This document shows positions 28,253-38,903 of a stretch of DNA of 64,000 bases, piece by piece (the first letter of the stretch is position 1; the number at the start of each line of letters is the position of its first letter). Position numbers and translations under genes: made by a program. Source of the DNA: a virus (taxonomy: Duplodnaviria; Caudoviricetes); IMG/VR virus record IMGVR_UViG_2654588150_000002, positions 418-64,417 of that record; one strand, 5' to 3'. The notes beneath the pieces were generated by a model. The model had not been told where the DNA came from and did not search any database. It worked only from the letters and a program-made list of their open reading frames with translations.

Positions 28253-29347
28253 ATGTCCAGCACCGTTATCCCCTTCGGCGACCCGAAAGCTATCAAGCGC
28301 TGGTCCGCCGACCTCGCGGTAGACGTCCGCAAGAAGTCGTACTTCGAGCAACGTTTCATCGGCACGTCCGAGAACAGCGTGATCCAGCGTAAGACCGAGC
28401 TGGAAAGCGACTCGGGCGACCAAATCACGTTCGACCTCTCCATCCACTTGCGCGGCAAGCCGACGTACGGCGATGCACGCGTGGAAGGCAAGGAAGAAAA
28501 CCTGCGCTTCTACAGCGACCAAGTGAAGATCGACCAGGTTCGCCACGCCGTTTCGGCCGGCGGCCGCATGTCGCGTAAGCGCACGGTCCACAACATTCGC
28601 CGCATCGCCCGCGATCGTCTCGGCGACTACTTCTACAAGTTCACCGACGAACTGCTGTTCATCTACCTGTCGGGCGCGCGCGGTATCAACCTCGACTTCG
28701 TGGAAACGACCGACTTCTCGGGCTACGCAGGCAACCCGCTCGACGCGCCGGACGCGGACCACTTGCTTTACGGTGGCTCGGCAACGAGCAAGGCATCGCT
28801 CGCCGCAACCGACATCATGGCCCCGCTGGTCATCGAAAAGGCTGTCGAAAAGGCCGGCATGATGCAGGCCGAAAACCCGGCCGTGGCGAACATGGTCCCG
28901 GTTTCGATCGACGGTGCTGACCACTACGTCTGCGTGATGTCCGAGTACCAAGCAACGGATATGCGGACGGCTGCGGGCGGTTCGTGGATCGACTTCCAGA
29001 AGGCGGCAGCAGCGGCAGAAGGGCGTAACAGCCCGATCTTCCGCGGCGGCCTCGGCATGATTAACGATGTCGTGCTGCACAAGCACCGCAACGCGATCCG
29101 CTTCGCCGACTACGGCGCGGGCGCGAACGTGCTCGCCGCTCGTGCGCTGTTCATGGGCCGCCAGGCTGGCGTTATCGCCTACGGCACGGCGAACGGCCTG
29201 CGCTTCGATTGGGAAGAAACCGTGAAGGACTACGGTAACGAGCCCGCAATCTCGGCAGGCTTCATCGCCGGCATGAAGAAGTCGCGCTTCAACAACATGG
29301 ACTTCGGCGTTATCTCCATCGACACGGCCGCGAAGAAGCACAGCTAA
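28253..29347 (+). CDS. Major capsid protein (N4-gp56/DUF4043 family)
   Basis: GDQITFDL, EGKEENLRFY, IDQVRHAV and NSPIFRGGLG motifs. Confidence 0.92.
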   Translation: MSSTVIPFGDPKAIKRWSADLAVDVRKKSYFEQRFIGTSENSVIQRKTELESDSGDQITFDLSIHLRGKPTYGDARVEGKEENLRFYSDQVKIDQVRHAVSAGGRMSRKRTVHNIRRIARDRLGDYFYKFTDELLFIYLSGARGINLDFVETTDFSGYAGNPLDAPDADHLLYGGSATSKASLAATDIMAPLVIEKAVEKAGMMQAENPAVANMVPVSIDGADHYVCVMSEYQATDMRTAAGGSWIDFQKAAAAAEGRNSPIFRGGLGMINDVVLHKHRNAIRFADYGAGANVLAARALFMGRQAGVIAYGTANGLRFDWEETVKDYGNEPAISAGFIAGMKKSRFNNMDFGVISIDTAAKKHS

Positions 29348-29415
29348 TCGCGAGCAGGACGAAGCCGCCTACGGGCGGTTTCACCTTATCCACACAGACC
29401 TAAGAGGCAAACATC

Positions 29416-29883
29416 ATGACCATTCTGCAAAGTCTTTGGGCGACCGGCCAGCGTATGACGCCGATTGGCGATTGCGCGGGCGATGTCGTATCGCAAGTGT
29501 TCGAGTTCGTGCTGCCGGCAACGGCGCTCCAAGTGGGCGACATCATCGAGCTTGGCCCGCTGCTGGCCGACAACTCGGTGCGCGACGCCATCCTGATTTC
29601 CGATGACCTCGACTCGGGCGGCGCCCCGGCAATCGCGTTCGACGTGGGCATCATGTCGGGCGAAGTGGGTGACGCGGTGAGCGCGCGCACTTGCGGCAAT
29701 GAGCTGTTCGCCGCTTCGAACGTCGGCCAGGCCGGGGGCGTGGTTCGCGCGAGCGCAGTGAGCGCCTTCACGATCGCGTCGACGAGCAATCACCGTTCGA
29801 TCGGCGCGAAGGTTACGACCGCGCCGCAAACGCAAGTCGCTGGCGCGAAGCTGCGCTTGCTGCTGACCTACGCGGCTGTTTAA
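29416..29883 (+). CDS. Virion protein (possible capsid decoration)
   Basis: Immediately after MCP; GDIIELG.L motif. Confidence 0.65.
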   Translation: MTILQSLWATGQRMTPIGDCAGDVVSQVFEFVLPATALQVGDIIELGPLLADNSVRDAILISDDLDSGGAPAIAFDVGIMSGEVGDAVSARTCGNELFAASNVGQAGGVVRASAVSAFTIASTSNHRSIGAKVTTAPQTQVAGAKLRLLLTYAAV

Positions 29884-29899
29884 GCGGCCGTGTGTTCAC

Positions 29900-29930
29900 G
29901 CCCCTGCGTCGCGAGACGTGGGGGCTTTTG
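29900..29930 (+). terminator. Intrinsic terminator
   Basis: GCCCCTGCGTC/GACGTGGGGGC hairpin plus TTTT. Confidence 0.6.
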
Positions 29931-29955
29931 TCCATCCATGCCAAGGAAATGGGAA

Positions 29956-30687
29956 ATGAAGATCGAATGCACGTTGCAACGTAAGGGCGGCACCGTCGTA
30001 GAGTTGGGCGGCAAGACGTACCACTTCAAGCCGACCGACGACGACCCGCGCCATGTCGCGGAAGTCGAGAACGAGGCGCACATCGAGCGCTTCCTGTCCA
30101 TCCGCGAGGCGTATCGCCTGCCGCGCAAGCCGGGCGCCGAAGCCGTCGAGGAGACGCTCGAACCGATCAAGTCGACCGCACCGACGCCCGCGCCCGCCGC
30201 ACCGCCGGCCGTGACGCTCGAACCGGGCCAATTCCTCAAGACGAGCGGCGCGACGTTCCCGCCGAGCTTCGATATCGGTGGCACGACGTACACCCTCGAC
30301 GAAATCACGCACCATGCGTTCGGCGAGTCGGGCCTGACGGTCGAGGACTGGAACGGCCTCGACGAGGAGCACCGCTCCACGAAGATCGAGATTGTTCTCG
30401 ACGCGTTGGAAGCGGGCGAAATCGCTGTCGCGAAGCTGCCGCCCAAGGCGCCCGAACTGCCGAACGAAACCGCACAAGACGATGCGAAACAGGATGGTGC
30501 AGCACCGCTGTTCAAGGGCGAGCAGGGTGACAGCCCGCAAAACGGTCTGCCGGCGCCGGACAGCGACGCGGAAAAGACCGAGCGCGCCGTGCTGGATGCC
30601 GTCTACAAGGAGCGTTTCGGCAAGCTGCCGCCGTCCAACATGAAGATTGAAACGCTGCGCGCGAAGCTCGCGGGCGGGCAGGAGTAA
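29956..30687 (+). CDS. Phage hypothetical protein
   Basis: 243 aa ORF; YKERFGKLP C-terminal motif. Confidence 0.72.
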   Translation: MKIECTLQRKGGTVVELGGKTYHFKPTDDDPRHVAEVENEAHIERFLSIREAYRLPRKPGAEAVEETLEPIKSTAPTPAPAAPPAVTLEPGQFLKTSGATFPPSFDIGGTTYTLDEITHHAFGESGLTVEDWNGLDEEHRSTKIEIVLDALEAGEIAVAKLPPKAPELPNETAQDDAKQDGAAPLFKGEQGDSPQNGLPAPDSDAEKTERAVLDAVYKERFGKLPPSNMKIETLRAKLAGGQE

Positions 30688-30690
30688 GCC

Positions 30691-31338
30691 ATGCCCATTC
30701 TGGCCGCCGACCTCATCACGCGCGCGGGCGAAATCCTCCTCGACGAGGAGCATCTCCGCTGGAAGGTTCCCGAGCTGTTGAACTGGATCAACGATGCAGC
30801 TCGGGAAACGATCGTGCATCGGCCGGCGTCCGGTTCTATCTCTGCCGCGCTGGTTCTCGGCGCCGGCACGCTGCAAGCGCTCCCGGCTAATGCCGTCGAG
30901 CTGCTGGACGTAGTGCGTAACCTTGGGGCCGATGGCACTACGCCGGGCCGCTCCATTCGTCGCGTCGATCGCCAACTCCTCGACGATCAAGACCCGGACT
31001 GGCACAGCGCACGCGCGAAGAACGTCATCAAGCACTACACGTTCGACGAGCGCGCGCCGTCGACCTTCTACGTCTATCCGCCGGCCGTAGCAGGTACGAA
31101 GGTCGAGGCGATGTATTCGCGCCTGCCGCCTGACGTGGCGGCCGAGGGCGACTCGCTGGACATGAGCCCGGAGTACATCAACGCGCTTGTCTCCTACATC
31201 GTGTTCCGCGCCATGTCGAAGGACAGCGAATACGCGAACGGGCAAACCGCCGCGCTGCACTACCAGGCATTCCTTGGCCTCGTGGGCGACCAAGCGGCGC
31301 AGGCGACGGCCAACTCTCCTAACGCGGTGAGTCAATGA
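30691..31338 (+). CDS. Head-tail adaptor-like virion protein (DUF6682-like)
   Basis: RW...ELL.WINDA, FYVYPP, YIVFRAMSKDSE motifs. Confidence 0.75.
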   Translation: MPILAADLITRAGEILLDEEHLRWKVPELLNWINDAARETIVHRPASGSISAALVLGAGTLQALPANAVELLDVVRNLGADGTTPGRSIRRVDRQLLDDQDPDWHSARAKNVIKHYTFDERAPSTFYVYPPAVAGTKVEAMYSRLPPDVAAEGDSLDMSPEYINALVSYIVFRAMSKDSEYANGQTAALHYQAFLGLVGDQAAQATANSPNAVSQ

Positions 31339-31973
31339 GCACGGTAGACCTCGATATCTTCCTGACGAAGATTCTCCCGTATGCGCCGGGCTGTCCCGAG
31401 CCTACGGCGTTTGAGCACATTCGCGCCGCGGCGACGGACTTCCTCGAAACGACGCGGCTTTGGCGCTTCGACGACTCGTTTGACCTTGGCGACGATCCGA
31501 ACATTCTGTGCGCGCCGGGCGACAGCGTGATTCACGAGATTGAGCGCTGCGACTTCAACGGCCAGAAGCTCGACCCGGCCTCGCTGGATTGGCTGGATGA
31601 CCGCTACCCGCAGTGGCGCAGCGACGAGAACCTTTGGACGGGCCAGCCGCGATGGTTCACGCAGACGTGCCCTAACACGATCCGCGTTGTGCCGTCGCCG
31701 ATCACCGACGACAAGCTCGTGAAGGTGTGGCTGCGCCTCAAGCCGGCGCCGGACGCAGAGACGTTGCCCGAGTTCCTTTACCGCGAGCACGGCACGACGA
31801 TCGCATGGGGCGCGCTCGGTGCAATCCTCATGCTGCCGAAGCAATCCTTTACCGATCAGAACATGGCTGTGTATTTCAGCGGCAAGTTCGACCAGGCACT
31901 CGGCCGCAAGTCGAGGCTGCAATCCGCCGGGCAGCAGCGCGCGCCGGTTCGCACGAAAGGTAATTTTTTTTGA
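31335..31973 (+). CDS. Virion structural protein
   Basis: PYAPGCPEP...LP.FL...IA.GAL pattern; synteny. Confidence 0.7.
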   Translation: MSTVDLDIFLTKILPYAPGCPEPTAFEHIRAAATDFLETTRLWRFDDSFDLGDDPNILCAPGDSVIHEIERCDFNGQKLDPASLDWLDDRYPQWRSDENLWTGQPRWFTQTCPNTIRVVPSPITDDKLVKVWLRLKPAPDAETLPEFLYREHGTTIAWGALGAILMLPKQSFTDQNMAVYFSGKFDQALGRKSRLQSAGQQRAPVRTKGNFF

Positions 31974-31994
31974 TTCTCTTTTAGGAGTGCTGAT

Positions 31995-32414
31995 ATGTCG
32001 GCCGCATCGAACTACACCGAGAACAACGTAATCAACTCGCTCTTGCGCGGCGCGGCCTTCCCCGTATCGCCTGGCGTCTACCTGTCGCTGCACACGGCAG
32101 ACCCGAACGACGTTGGCGCAGCCGAAGTTGCTCCGGCGAGCTGGCCGTCCTACGTGCGTCGCGACTCGACTGTCGGCGACACGCTGGCGAACGCTTGGAC
32201 GCCGCCGGCCGATGGCGTGACCTCGAACGCGAAACAGGTGCTTTACCCGTCGCAGAACGGCGCGTCGTCGATCACCCTCACGCACTTTGGTCTGTGGGAC
32301 GCGGCGAACGGCGGCAACTTCCTGGCCGGCGCAGCGCTCTACGCGCCGCGCACGCTGAACCCCGGCGACGTGTTCGTGTTTGACGTTGCCTCGCTGACGG
32401 TGCGCATGCTCTAA
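31995..32414 (+). CDS. Virion/tail protein
   Basis: SNY.EN..., YLSLHTADP, THFGLWDAA.GGNFL motifs. Confidence 0.75.
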   Translation: MSAASNYTENNVINSLLRGAAFPVSPGVYLSLHTADPNDVGAAEVAPASWPSYVRRDSTVGDTLANAWTPPADGVTSNAKQVLYPSQNGASSITLTHFGLWDAANGGNFLAGAALYAPRTLNPGDVFVFDVASLTVRML

Positions 32415-32417
32415 CCG

Positions 32418-33497
32418 ATGAACGTCTACGCGCTCAACGAAACCCCGATCAACGGGTGGGCGACGCTCTACGGCGGTGGTAACGCCGTAGAGCAGCTCAC
32501 CCTTTCCGGGGTGAGCGCGAACGTCGTCATGGGCGGCGGCAGCGCGGACCTGAACCTTAGCCCGGCCGGGAATGGCACGCGCTGGACGTTCGGGGCATCG
32601 CAGGCGGACCTCGCCCTGAATGAGAGCGGCAACGGCACTCGCCGGACGATCGGCACTGGCGACGCGTCAAACGTGCTCGTGGTGAACGGCGACGGGACCA
32701 CGACTAGATCGCTCGGCGGCATGGCGACGCTTTTGCTGTCGTGGATTGTCGGCAAGGGTGGCGTGATTGTTCACGGCTCGGGCGAGGCGGCGCTCGCGTT
32801 GATGATCGACGCGAACGGCCGAGCTGCGATAGGGCGCCACGGAAGCGGCGACATGCGCATGGTGCTGTCGCTAGACGGTCGAGGCATCCTCCCGCCCGTT
32901 GTGCATGCCGGCGGAAAGATCGAGGAATGGCTGTACCTGACCGGCTACCCGAACATGATAGCGCATGCTGGCGGCGCGGCAGACATGCGCATGCTCGCGG
33001 CCGGCGATTCTCACGCGGGGCACAGGGTATTCGCGAGCGGCGAAATCGTGCTCGGGTTCGAGTTGGGCTGCAACTGGACGAGCAAGTACCGCGAGGTATA
33101 TGGCAGCAGCTCGATTGTCTTTGGATTCAGCCTCGAAGCCCGCGATGCGCGCGTCGCCATGCTCCCGTCGACCTTCTATGCGGCGCCGAAATCGCGCGGC
33201 GCACGCGTCGAGCGCGAGATTCGCTTGGTGCGTGTCGATCGCGCCAGCGGCGCTTTGCACGTCAAGGCCGAAACTCCTCTGCTTGTGCCCAAGGAGAACC
33301 GCTCGATGAGCATGCCTAACGAGCCGCGTGAGCCGGGGAGTATGGACTTGCTCCGCTATGCAGATGGAACGCCAGCGTTCGACTTGATGGCGGACTCCAC
33401 CAAGAACGGAGAACCGAGCACCGTTTCGGCAATCGACACGCTGGAGCCGACCGTAACGGACGAAATGCCGAACAATTCCTGGGCACCAACGCCATGA
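32418..33497 (+). CDS. Gly-rich beta-repeat virion protein
   Basis: N-terminal [11 protein letters not shown]; possible fused extension from 33342. Confidence 0.7.
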   Translation: MNVYALNETPINGWATLYGGGNAVEQLTLSGVSANVVMGGGSADLNLSPAGNGTRWTFGASQADLALNESGNGTRRTIGTGDASNVLVVNGDGTTTRSLGGMATLLLSWIVGKGGVIVHGSGEAALALMIDANGRAAIGRHGSGDMRMVLSLDGRGILPPVVHAGGKIEEWLYLTGYPNMIAHAGGAADMRMLAAGDSHAGHRVFASGEIVLGFELGCNWTSKYREVYGSSSIVFGFSLEARDARVAMLPSTFYAAPKSRGARVEREIRLVRVDRASGALHVKAETPLLVPKENRSMSMPNEPREPGSMDLLRYADGTPAFDLMADSTKNGEPSTVSAIDTLEPTVTDEMPNNSWAPTP

Positions 33498-34405
33498 GCA
33501 CGTCATCCCTTAAAAGCCGTGTCGACACGTTCGACCGCATCGTAACCGACGCGGACACGTGGGCGCGCGGTGACATGGCAACCTCGATCGACTTCGGCGG
33601 CGGCCCGGTTCGTTCGCCGGCAAAGCTGATTGCCGACCTGAATCAGTCGATCAATCAATCGGCGAGCGGCGTGCTGGCGCAGGCGACGGCGCAGGCGGCC
33701 AACGCAGCGGCAAGCGCCCAACTGGCGCAGGAGGCGGCCGGGGCGCCGGGCGACAAGGGGCCGCCGGGCGACAAGGGCGCACCGGGCGATAAAGGGGCGC
33801 CCGGCGACAAGGGAGCACCCGGAGACAACGGCTTGCCCGGCGACAACGGCTTGCCCGGCAATGATGGATTACCCGGCGATAAGGGCGCACCCGGCGATAA
33901 GGGAGCGCCCGGCGATAAGGGCTTGCCTGGAGACAACGGCTTGCCCGGCAGCGATGGATTACCCGGCGACAAAGGCGCACCCGGAGACAAAGGCGCACCG
34001 GGCGACAAAGGCTCACCAGGAGACAAAGGGCCGCCCGGCGATAAAGGCCCGGCAGGCGACCCGGCCCAACTGACCTACGACGTTGCGTTTTTCATCGAAG
34101 GCACAACGACGGCATCGGAAACCGTATTCAAGTTTGTGGCGCCGCGCGCCTTCACTCTGCCGGCGAACCTGACGGGCAGCGTAGCAAAGTCGGGCGTTGC
34201 CGCGACCGCAGCAACGACGATCACGATCAAGCGCAACGGTACGGTCATCGGCTCGATCAACTTCGCGACTGGAGCGACCGTAGGCACGTTCACGTTCGCG
34301 GCGGGCGTCACGTTCGACGCGGGCGACATCATGGACATCATCGCGGCAGCGACGCCAGATTCGACGCTGGCGGACATCGCAATCACGTTTGCGGGGACGC
34401 GCTGA
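33494..34405 (+). CDS. Collagen-like fibre protein
   Basis: Central (G-X-Y)n region of [12 protein letters not shown] units. Confidence 0.85.
   Translation: MSTSSLKSRVDTFDRIVTDADTWARGDMATSIDFGGGPVRSPAKLIADLNQSINQSASGVLAQATAQAANAAASAQLAQEAAGAPGDKGPPGDKGAPGDKGAPGDKGAPGDNGLPGDNGLPGNDGLPGDKGAPGDKGAPGDKGLPGDNGLPGSDGLPGDKGAPGDKGAPGDKGSPGDKGPPGDKGPAGDPAQLTYDVAFFIEGTTTASETVFKFVAPRAFTLPANLTGSVAKSGVAATAATTITIKRNGTVIGSINFATGATVGTFTFAAGVTFDAGDIMDIIAAATPDSTLADIAITFAGTR
33740..34062 (+). repeat. 18-bp tandem repeats encoding collagen hexapeptides
   Basis: Repeated GGCGAYAARGGNGCRCC and GGNGACAACGGCTTGCCC units. Confidence 0.85.
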
Positions 34406-35208
34406 TGGTTCAAAAGGTGATCGAGCTTACGTCGGGTTCGAGTTGGCCGACGCCTCCTGACTGGCCGGGAGTAGCCGACCTGATTGAGACGTTCTCCGCA
34501 AGCGCGGGCGGCAGCTCGTTCAACTTCTCGTCGAACGGATCAGTCGGCGGCGGCGGCGGCGCGTATTCGGCGAGTGCCAACGTCGCGCTGCCCGCCGGCA
34601 CCTATCCGTATCAGCTCGGCGCCTCGGGCACTGGCGAAACCGGCTCGAAAGCGGCCACGGCTGGCGGCGATACGTTCTTTGGCGCCGCGACGCTGGCTGC
34701 ATCCCTGGTCGGTGCAAAAGGCGGTGCGATCGGCACAAAGACGGCAGGCGGCATCGGCGGGCAGGCATCGGCCGGTATCGGACAGACGCGCTACAGCGGC
34801 GGCAACGGCGGTGCGTCGAACTCGTCAAACGCGGGCGGCGGCGGCGGCGGGGCGGCCGGACCCAACGGCAACGGCAGCAACGGCGCGGCGGGCGCGGCTG
34901 GACCCTCGAATGGGGGCGCGGGCGGCGCATCGGCCAAAGGCATCGCAGGGGGCGCGGGTGGTACGTCGGCCTCGAAGGTAGGGCAAGCCGGGGCGGCGGA
35001 CGATGATGGCGGCTCGGGCGGCGGTGGCGGCCACGGCACCGCTGGTAACGGGGGCGCGGGCGGGTTCCCCGGCGGCGGTGGTGGTGGCGGTGGTTCAGAC
35101 GCCGCCTCAACGCTCGGCGGTTCGGGCGCAGGCAGCAAAATCCGTATCAAGTACACGGTTAGCAGCGTAACAACGAGGAAGCGGCGCCTCGTAGTCGTCA
35201 TGAATTAG
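34405..35208 (+). CDS. Glycine-rich tail-associated protein
   Basis: GGGGGAY and GGGGGG tracts typical of polyglycine fibre domains. Confidence 0.75.
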   Translation: MVQKVIELTSGSSWPTPPDWPGVADLIETFSASAGGSSFNFSSNGSVGGGGGAYSASANVALPAGTYPYQLGASGTGETGSKAATAGGDTFFGAATLAASLVGAKGGAIGTKTAGGIGGQASAGIGQTRYSGGNGGASNSSNAGGGGGGAAGPNGNGSNGAAGAAGPSNGGAGGASAKGIAGGAGGTSASKVGQAGAADDDGGSGGGGGHGTAGNGGAGGFPGGGGGGGGSDAASTLGGSGAGSKIRIKYTVSSVTTRKRRLVVVMN

Positions 35209-35247
35209 TGCCGTACAATGCGATAGCGCACCATACGAGAGAACACC

Positions 35248-35526
35248 ATGTTAGGACTGTTCATGAAACGGCCGTCCGATCAGCTCGATTACGACATCGA
35301 CTTTTCGCGCTGGTTGCCGGAGGGCGACACGATCATTTCCGCGACTGCGGAAGTGCTGAATGCCGACAGCATGGTGAGCGCCGTGCAAGTCGTGCCGCAG
35401 GCGTCCTCTGTGAAGGTTTGGTTGATAGATGGCGTGAGCGGTAAGACGGCGAATGTTCTCGTGACTGCGACGACGGAGCAGAACCGCGTCAAGCAGGTTG
35501 AATTTCAGGTTCGAGTGAGGGACTAA
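35248..35526 (+). CDS. Fibre-tail adaptor-like virion protein
   Basis: K.P.D.LDYDIDFSRWL, VKVWL..G motifs. Confidence 0.78.
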   Translation: MLGLFMKRPSDQLDYDIDFSRWLPEGDTIISATAEVLNADSMVSAVQVVPQASSVKVWLIDGVSGKTANVLVTATTEQNRVKQVEFQVRVRD

Positions 35527-35528
35527 AA

Positions 35529-36452
35529 ATGGCACTGAAACTTGCAAACAACGCGGCCAGCAAGTTCGCGATCGGTATCAGCACGACCGATACCCTCATC
35601 GCGGTAACGCCGGGCGATGGCGCCAAGTTCCCGGCGCTCGGAGCTGGCGACTGGTTCCCGCTTACGTGCGTGAAGTCGGACGGCTCGTTCGAAGTCATGC
35701 GGGGCACGGCGCGCGCAACCGATCAGATCACGGTCACGCGTGCGCAGGAAGGTACGGCGCCGCTCACGTTCGTACCGGGCGAGCGCGTCGAGCTGCGCAT
35801 TACGTCCGCCGGCTTCGGCGCGTACCTGCAAGCGGGCGACCTCGCGACCGCAGGCGCGGCCGCTGGATTCCTCATAAAAACGGGAGCGGGAGGCACGGAC
35901 TCGCTCTACATGCCGATCAGCGGTGACGGCCCGAGGGTGAATGCGACGACCACGGGCACGGAAAGATCATTGCTCGTGCAGAACAATACCGGCTCGGGCG
36001 ATGGCAACGTCGCGGCACTCGGCTTCCTCTGCCAGGGGGCATACGGCATCAAGCTCTACCTGCGCGCGGATGGATATTTCGGCCTTGGCGGATGGAGCAC
36101 GACCGCGTGGAAGTGGTACGTCTCCAATGTAGGCGACATGGTTGCAAGCGGAAACGTGGCGGCCTACTCCGACGAGCGCTTGAAAACCAACTGGCGCGAG
36201 TTCGACGACGACTTTATCGAGCGGTTTGCCGAAGTGAAGCACGGCATCTACGACCGCCTCGACATTGATGGCGTTACGCAAGTCGGCGTGTCCGCGCAAT
36301 CGCTGCAAGACGTGATGAAGCACGCGGTAATCGAGGACAAGGACGGCGTGCTCACCGTGGCATACGGCAACGCTGCGCTCGCGGCCGCGATCCGGCTGTC
36401 GCGCCGCGTCATCGCACTGGAGCGCAAGCTCTCGGAGAAAGGAGTCCTCTAA
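35529..36452 (+). CDS. Tail fibre with C-terminal S74 intramolecular chaperone
   Basis: N-terminal anchor (LANNA...VTRAQEGT); SDERLKTN, GVSAQ, VAYG motifs. Confidence 0.85.
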   Translation: MALKLANNAASKFAIGISTTDTLIAVTPGDGAKFPALGAGDWFPLTCVKSDGSFEVMRGTARATDQITVTRAQEGTAPLTFVPGERVELRITSAGFGAYLQAGDLATAGAAAGFLIKTGAGGTDSLYMPISGDGPRVNATTTGTERSLLVQNNTGSGDGNVAALGFLCQGAYGIKLYLRADGYFGLGGWSTTAWKWYVSNVGDMVASGNVAAYSDERLKTNWREFDDDFIERFAEVKHGIYDRLDIDGVTQVGVSAQSLQDVMKHAVIEDKDGVLTVAYGNAALAAAIRLSRRVIALERKLSEKGVL

Positions 36453-36970
36453 TGGCGCTGCCCGGTTCCGGCATCATCTATATGTCGCAAGTCAACAGCG
36501 AGCTTGGGCGTCCTGCGACTCAGACGCTCTGGCTCGCTGATGCTGAATTGCGCAATACCATCGCGGACGTTGGGAGCGGCGCCCTGTCGATGGCGAACTG
36601 TCGCGGCAAGACGTACCACGCCACGCAAAACGCGGTTATTCCCTACAGCTACGTCGGGCAGGCGAATTTTCAGGGCGGCCAAGCGTTTCGTGGCGCGTCG
36701 CCCGCATACGTGGAGCGGGTCACTGACTCTAACCCGGACAGCGGCCAGATTTACGGCTGGTGGCTTCGCATCTATTTCAATCAGAACCCGAACCACGGCG
36801 GGAATCTTTGGGTGCTTAACAACAGCACCGGCATTGCTTACACGTTGAACAAGGCGGCCGGAAATATGTGGCAAGTCTACGTTGGCAACCCTGGCAGCGG
36901 CGTGCCGGACAACTGGATTCCGACTGTTCCGGCCGGCAACGTCTACAACTACTCGATCTACGCGGTGTGA
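36452..36970 (+). CDS. Tail fibre-associated protein
   Basis: MALP.SG.I.MSQVN.ELG N-terminus typical downstream of S74 fibres. Confidence 0.7.
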   Translation: MALPGSGIIYMSQVNSELGRPATQTLWLADAELRNTIADVGSGALSMANCRGKTYHATQNAVIPYSYVGQANFQGGQAFRGASPAYVERVTDSNPDSGQIYGWWLRIYFNQNPNHGGNLWVLNNSTGIAYTLNKAAGNMWQVYVGNPGSGVPDNWIPTVPAGNVYNYSIYAV

Positions 36971-37153
36971 GGTTACAATGTGCCTGCGCCGCTCGGGGTT
37001 TCCTCTCTCCCTCTCCTTACTCCGGCGGCGCCCGCGAATCAATCGAACCCTCGCGCCTCGCGCGGGGGATTCGCGGCTCTCGAAGCCTCCCGCCATGTCG
37101 AATAGCACCATGCCGCACGCTACAATGCGGCGCAGTGCGATACAGGAGGCGTA

Positions 37154-38902
37154 ATGGCTATCCTCAAGCTGATCGGTTTCACGGGCGAGGTTCCTCGCCT
37201 CATTCCTCGCCTGCTGCCCGACGCGGCTGCGCAGAGCGCCATGAACGCACGCCTCGACTCGGGCGGGCTCTCGCCTTACCGCAAGCTCAAATTCGCGCAG
37301 GCGATTCAGGGCATTCCCGCCGGCGAGGTAGAGACGATCTATCGCAACGGCGAGACGTGGCTCGCGTGGGATAAGCAAGTCTACGCGGCGCCCGGCCCGG
37401 TTGCGGCCGATCGGCTCTATGTGTTTGGCGACGGCGCACCGAAGATGATCGTCGACGGAGTGACGTACCCGCTCGCCGTGCCGATGCCAACGGCCGCGCC
37501 TACGTTGTCCGCGACGGGCGCGGGGACGGGCGACATATTCGCACGCGTCTACGTCTATACGTTCGTGACCGCGTTCGGCGAGGAGTCGGAACCGAGCCCG
37601 GCATCCGCCTCGATCAACTGGCAGGCCGGGCAGACGATCACGCTCGCGGGCATGCAGGCGGCGCCCGCCGGCCGAAACATCGTGTCGCAGCGAATCTACC
37701 GCTCGCAAACGAGTATCAGCGGCACGGACCTCTATTTCATCGCGGAGCGGGCGGCATCCAGCGCGAATTTTGTGGATAACTTGCCGCTCAATTCGCAGAA
37801 CGAGCCTATCCCGTCGCTCAACTGGAACGCACCGCCTGATGACCTGACGGGCCTTATCTCGCTGCCGAACGGGATGATGGTCGCGTTTCGCAAGAAAGAG
37901 CTTTGGTTTTGCGAGCCGTATCGCCCGCACGCGTGGCCCCAGGCGTATGTGCTGACGATGGACTTCGACATCGTTGCGCTCGGCGCCTACGGTACGACCA
38001 TCGTTGTCGCGACGTCCGGCCAGCCGTACATCGTTGCAGGCGTATCGCCCGATACGATGTCTCAGGAGAAGCTCGAACTGAACCTGCCGTGCGTGAACCC
38101 GCGCGGCATGGTCGACTTGGGCTATGCGATTGCCTACCCGTCGAATGATGGGCTCGTGGTCGCGTCGAGCGCTGGCGCGCGCGTGGTGACTGACCAGCTC
38201 ATGACGCGCGACCAGTGGCTACGCACGGCGCCCGCGCGATTCGTCGCCGGCCAGTATTACGGCCGCTACTTCGCGAGCTACGCGTATGCGGAGCCGAACG
38301 GCAACGTGCGCGAGGGCTCTTTCGTTATCGACCTCACGGGGCAGGACGCAACCATGCACCGTGTCGCGTTCCGCGCTGATGCGACGTGGTATGACGTGCA
38401 AACCGGCCAGCTCTATGTCTGCATGGGAACCTCGATTTACGAGTTCGATTCACTCGAAGCGGAAAACGAGATTCTTGTGTGGCGCTCCAAGCTGTTCGTG
38501 AACCCGAAGCCGACCAACTTCGGCGCGATCCTCGTCGAGGCGGACCTCACGCTGACGCCCGAGGAGGAGGCCGCGATTCAGGCCGCGATCGACGCAGCAA
38601 TCGCCTACAACGCGAGCATCTTCGACCTTCCAAGTATCGGCGGCGAAATCAACGGCGGCGCGCTCGATGCGTATGCGCTCAACGGCGACATCCTCCAACG
38701 CGTGACCGCGCACGAACAGCGCTTTGTAGCCGTGGCCGTCTACGCGGACGACAAGCTCGTAGCGACGGTAAGCAAGCTGAACGAAATGGCCCGACTCCCC
38801 GGGGGCTTCCTCGCGCAGAAGTGGGAGGTCGAAATCACCGCGAATGGCGACGTGTCGCAAGTGACCCTCGCGGGCACGGGCGCCGAACTGGCAGGAGTCT
38901 GA
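37154..38902 (+). CDS. Tail tube/head-closure (stabilisation) protein
   Basis: F.GE.PRL.PRLLP...AQ, YVYTFVT..GEES.PSP, EPYRPHAWP motifs. Confidence 0.8.
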   Translation: MAILKLIGFTGEVPRLIPRLLPDAAAQSAMNARLDSGGLSPYRKLKFAQAIQGIPAGEVETIYRNGETWLAWDKQVYAAPGPVAADRLYVFGDGAPKMIVDGVTYPLAVPMPTAAPTLSATGAGTGDIFARVYVYTFVTAFGEESEPSPASASINWQAGQTITLAGMQAAPAGRNIVSQRIYRSQTSISGTDLYFIAERAASSANFVDNLPLNSQNEPIPSLNWNAPPDDLTGLISLPNGMMVAFRKKELWFCEPYRPHAWPQAYVLTMDFDIVALGAYGTTIVVATSGQPYIVAGVSPDTMSQEKLELNLPCVNPRGMVDLGYAIAYPSNDGLVVASSAGARVVTDQLMTRDQWLRTAPARFVAGQYYGRYFASYAYAEPNGNVREGSFVIDLTGQDATMHRVAFRADATWYDVQTGQLYVCMGTSIYEFDSLEAENEILVWRSKLFVNPKPTNFGAILVEADLTLTPEEEAAIQAAIDAAIAYNASIFDLPSIGGEINGGALDAYALNGDILQRVTAHEQRFVAVAVYADDKLVATVSKLNEMARLPGGFLAQKWEVEITANGDVSQVTLAGTGAELAGV

Positions 38903-38903
38903 T

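Noticed and set aside
31960-31973. T8 run as a programmed frameshift or phase-variation site
   Set aside because: Lies at the normal gene end, and the next gene has its own AGGAG RBS
33740-34062. CRISPR-like array
   Set aside because: Contiguous in-frame 18-bp coding repeats without unique spacers; no cas genes
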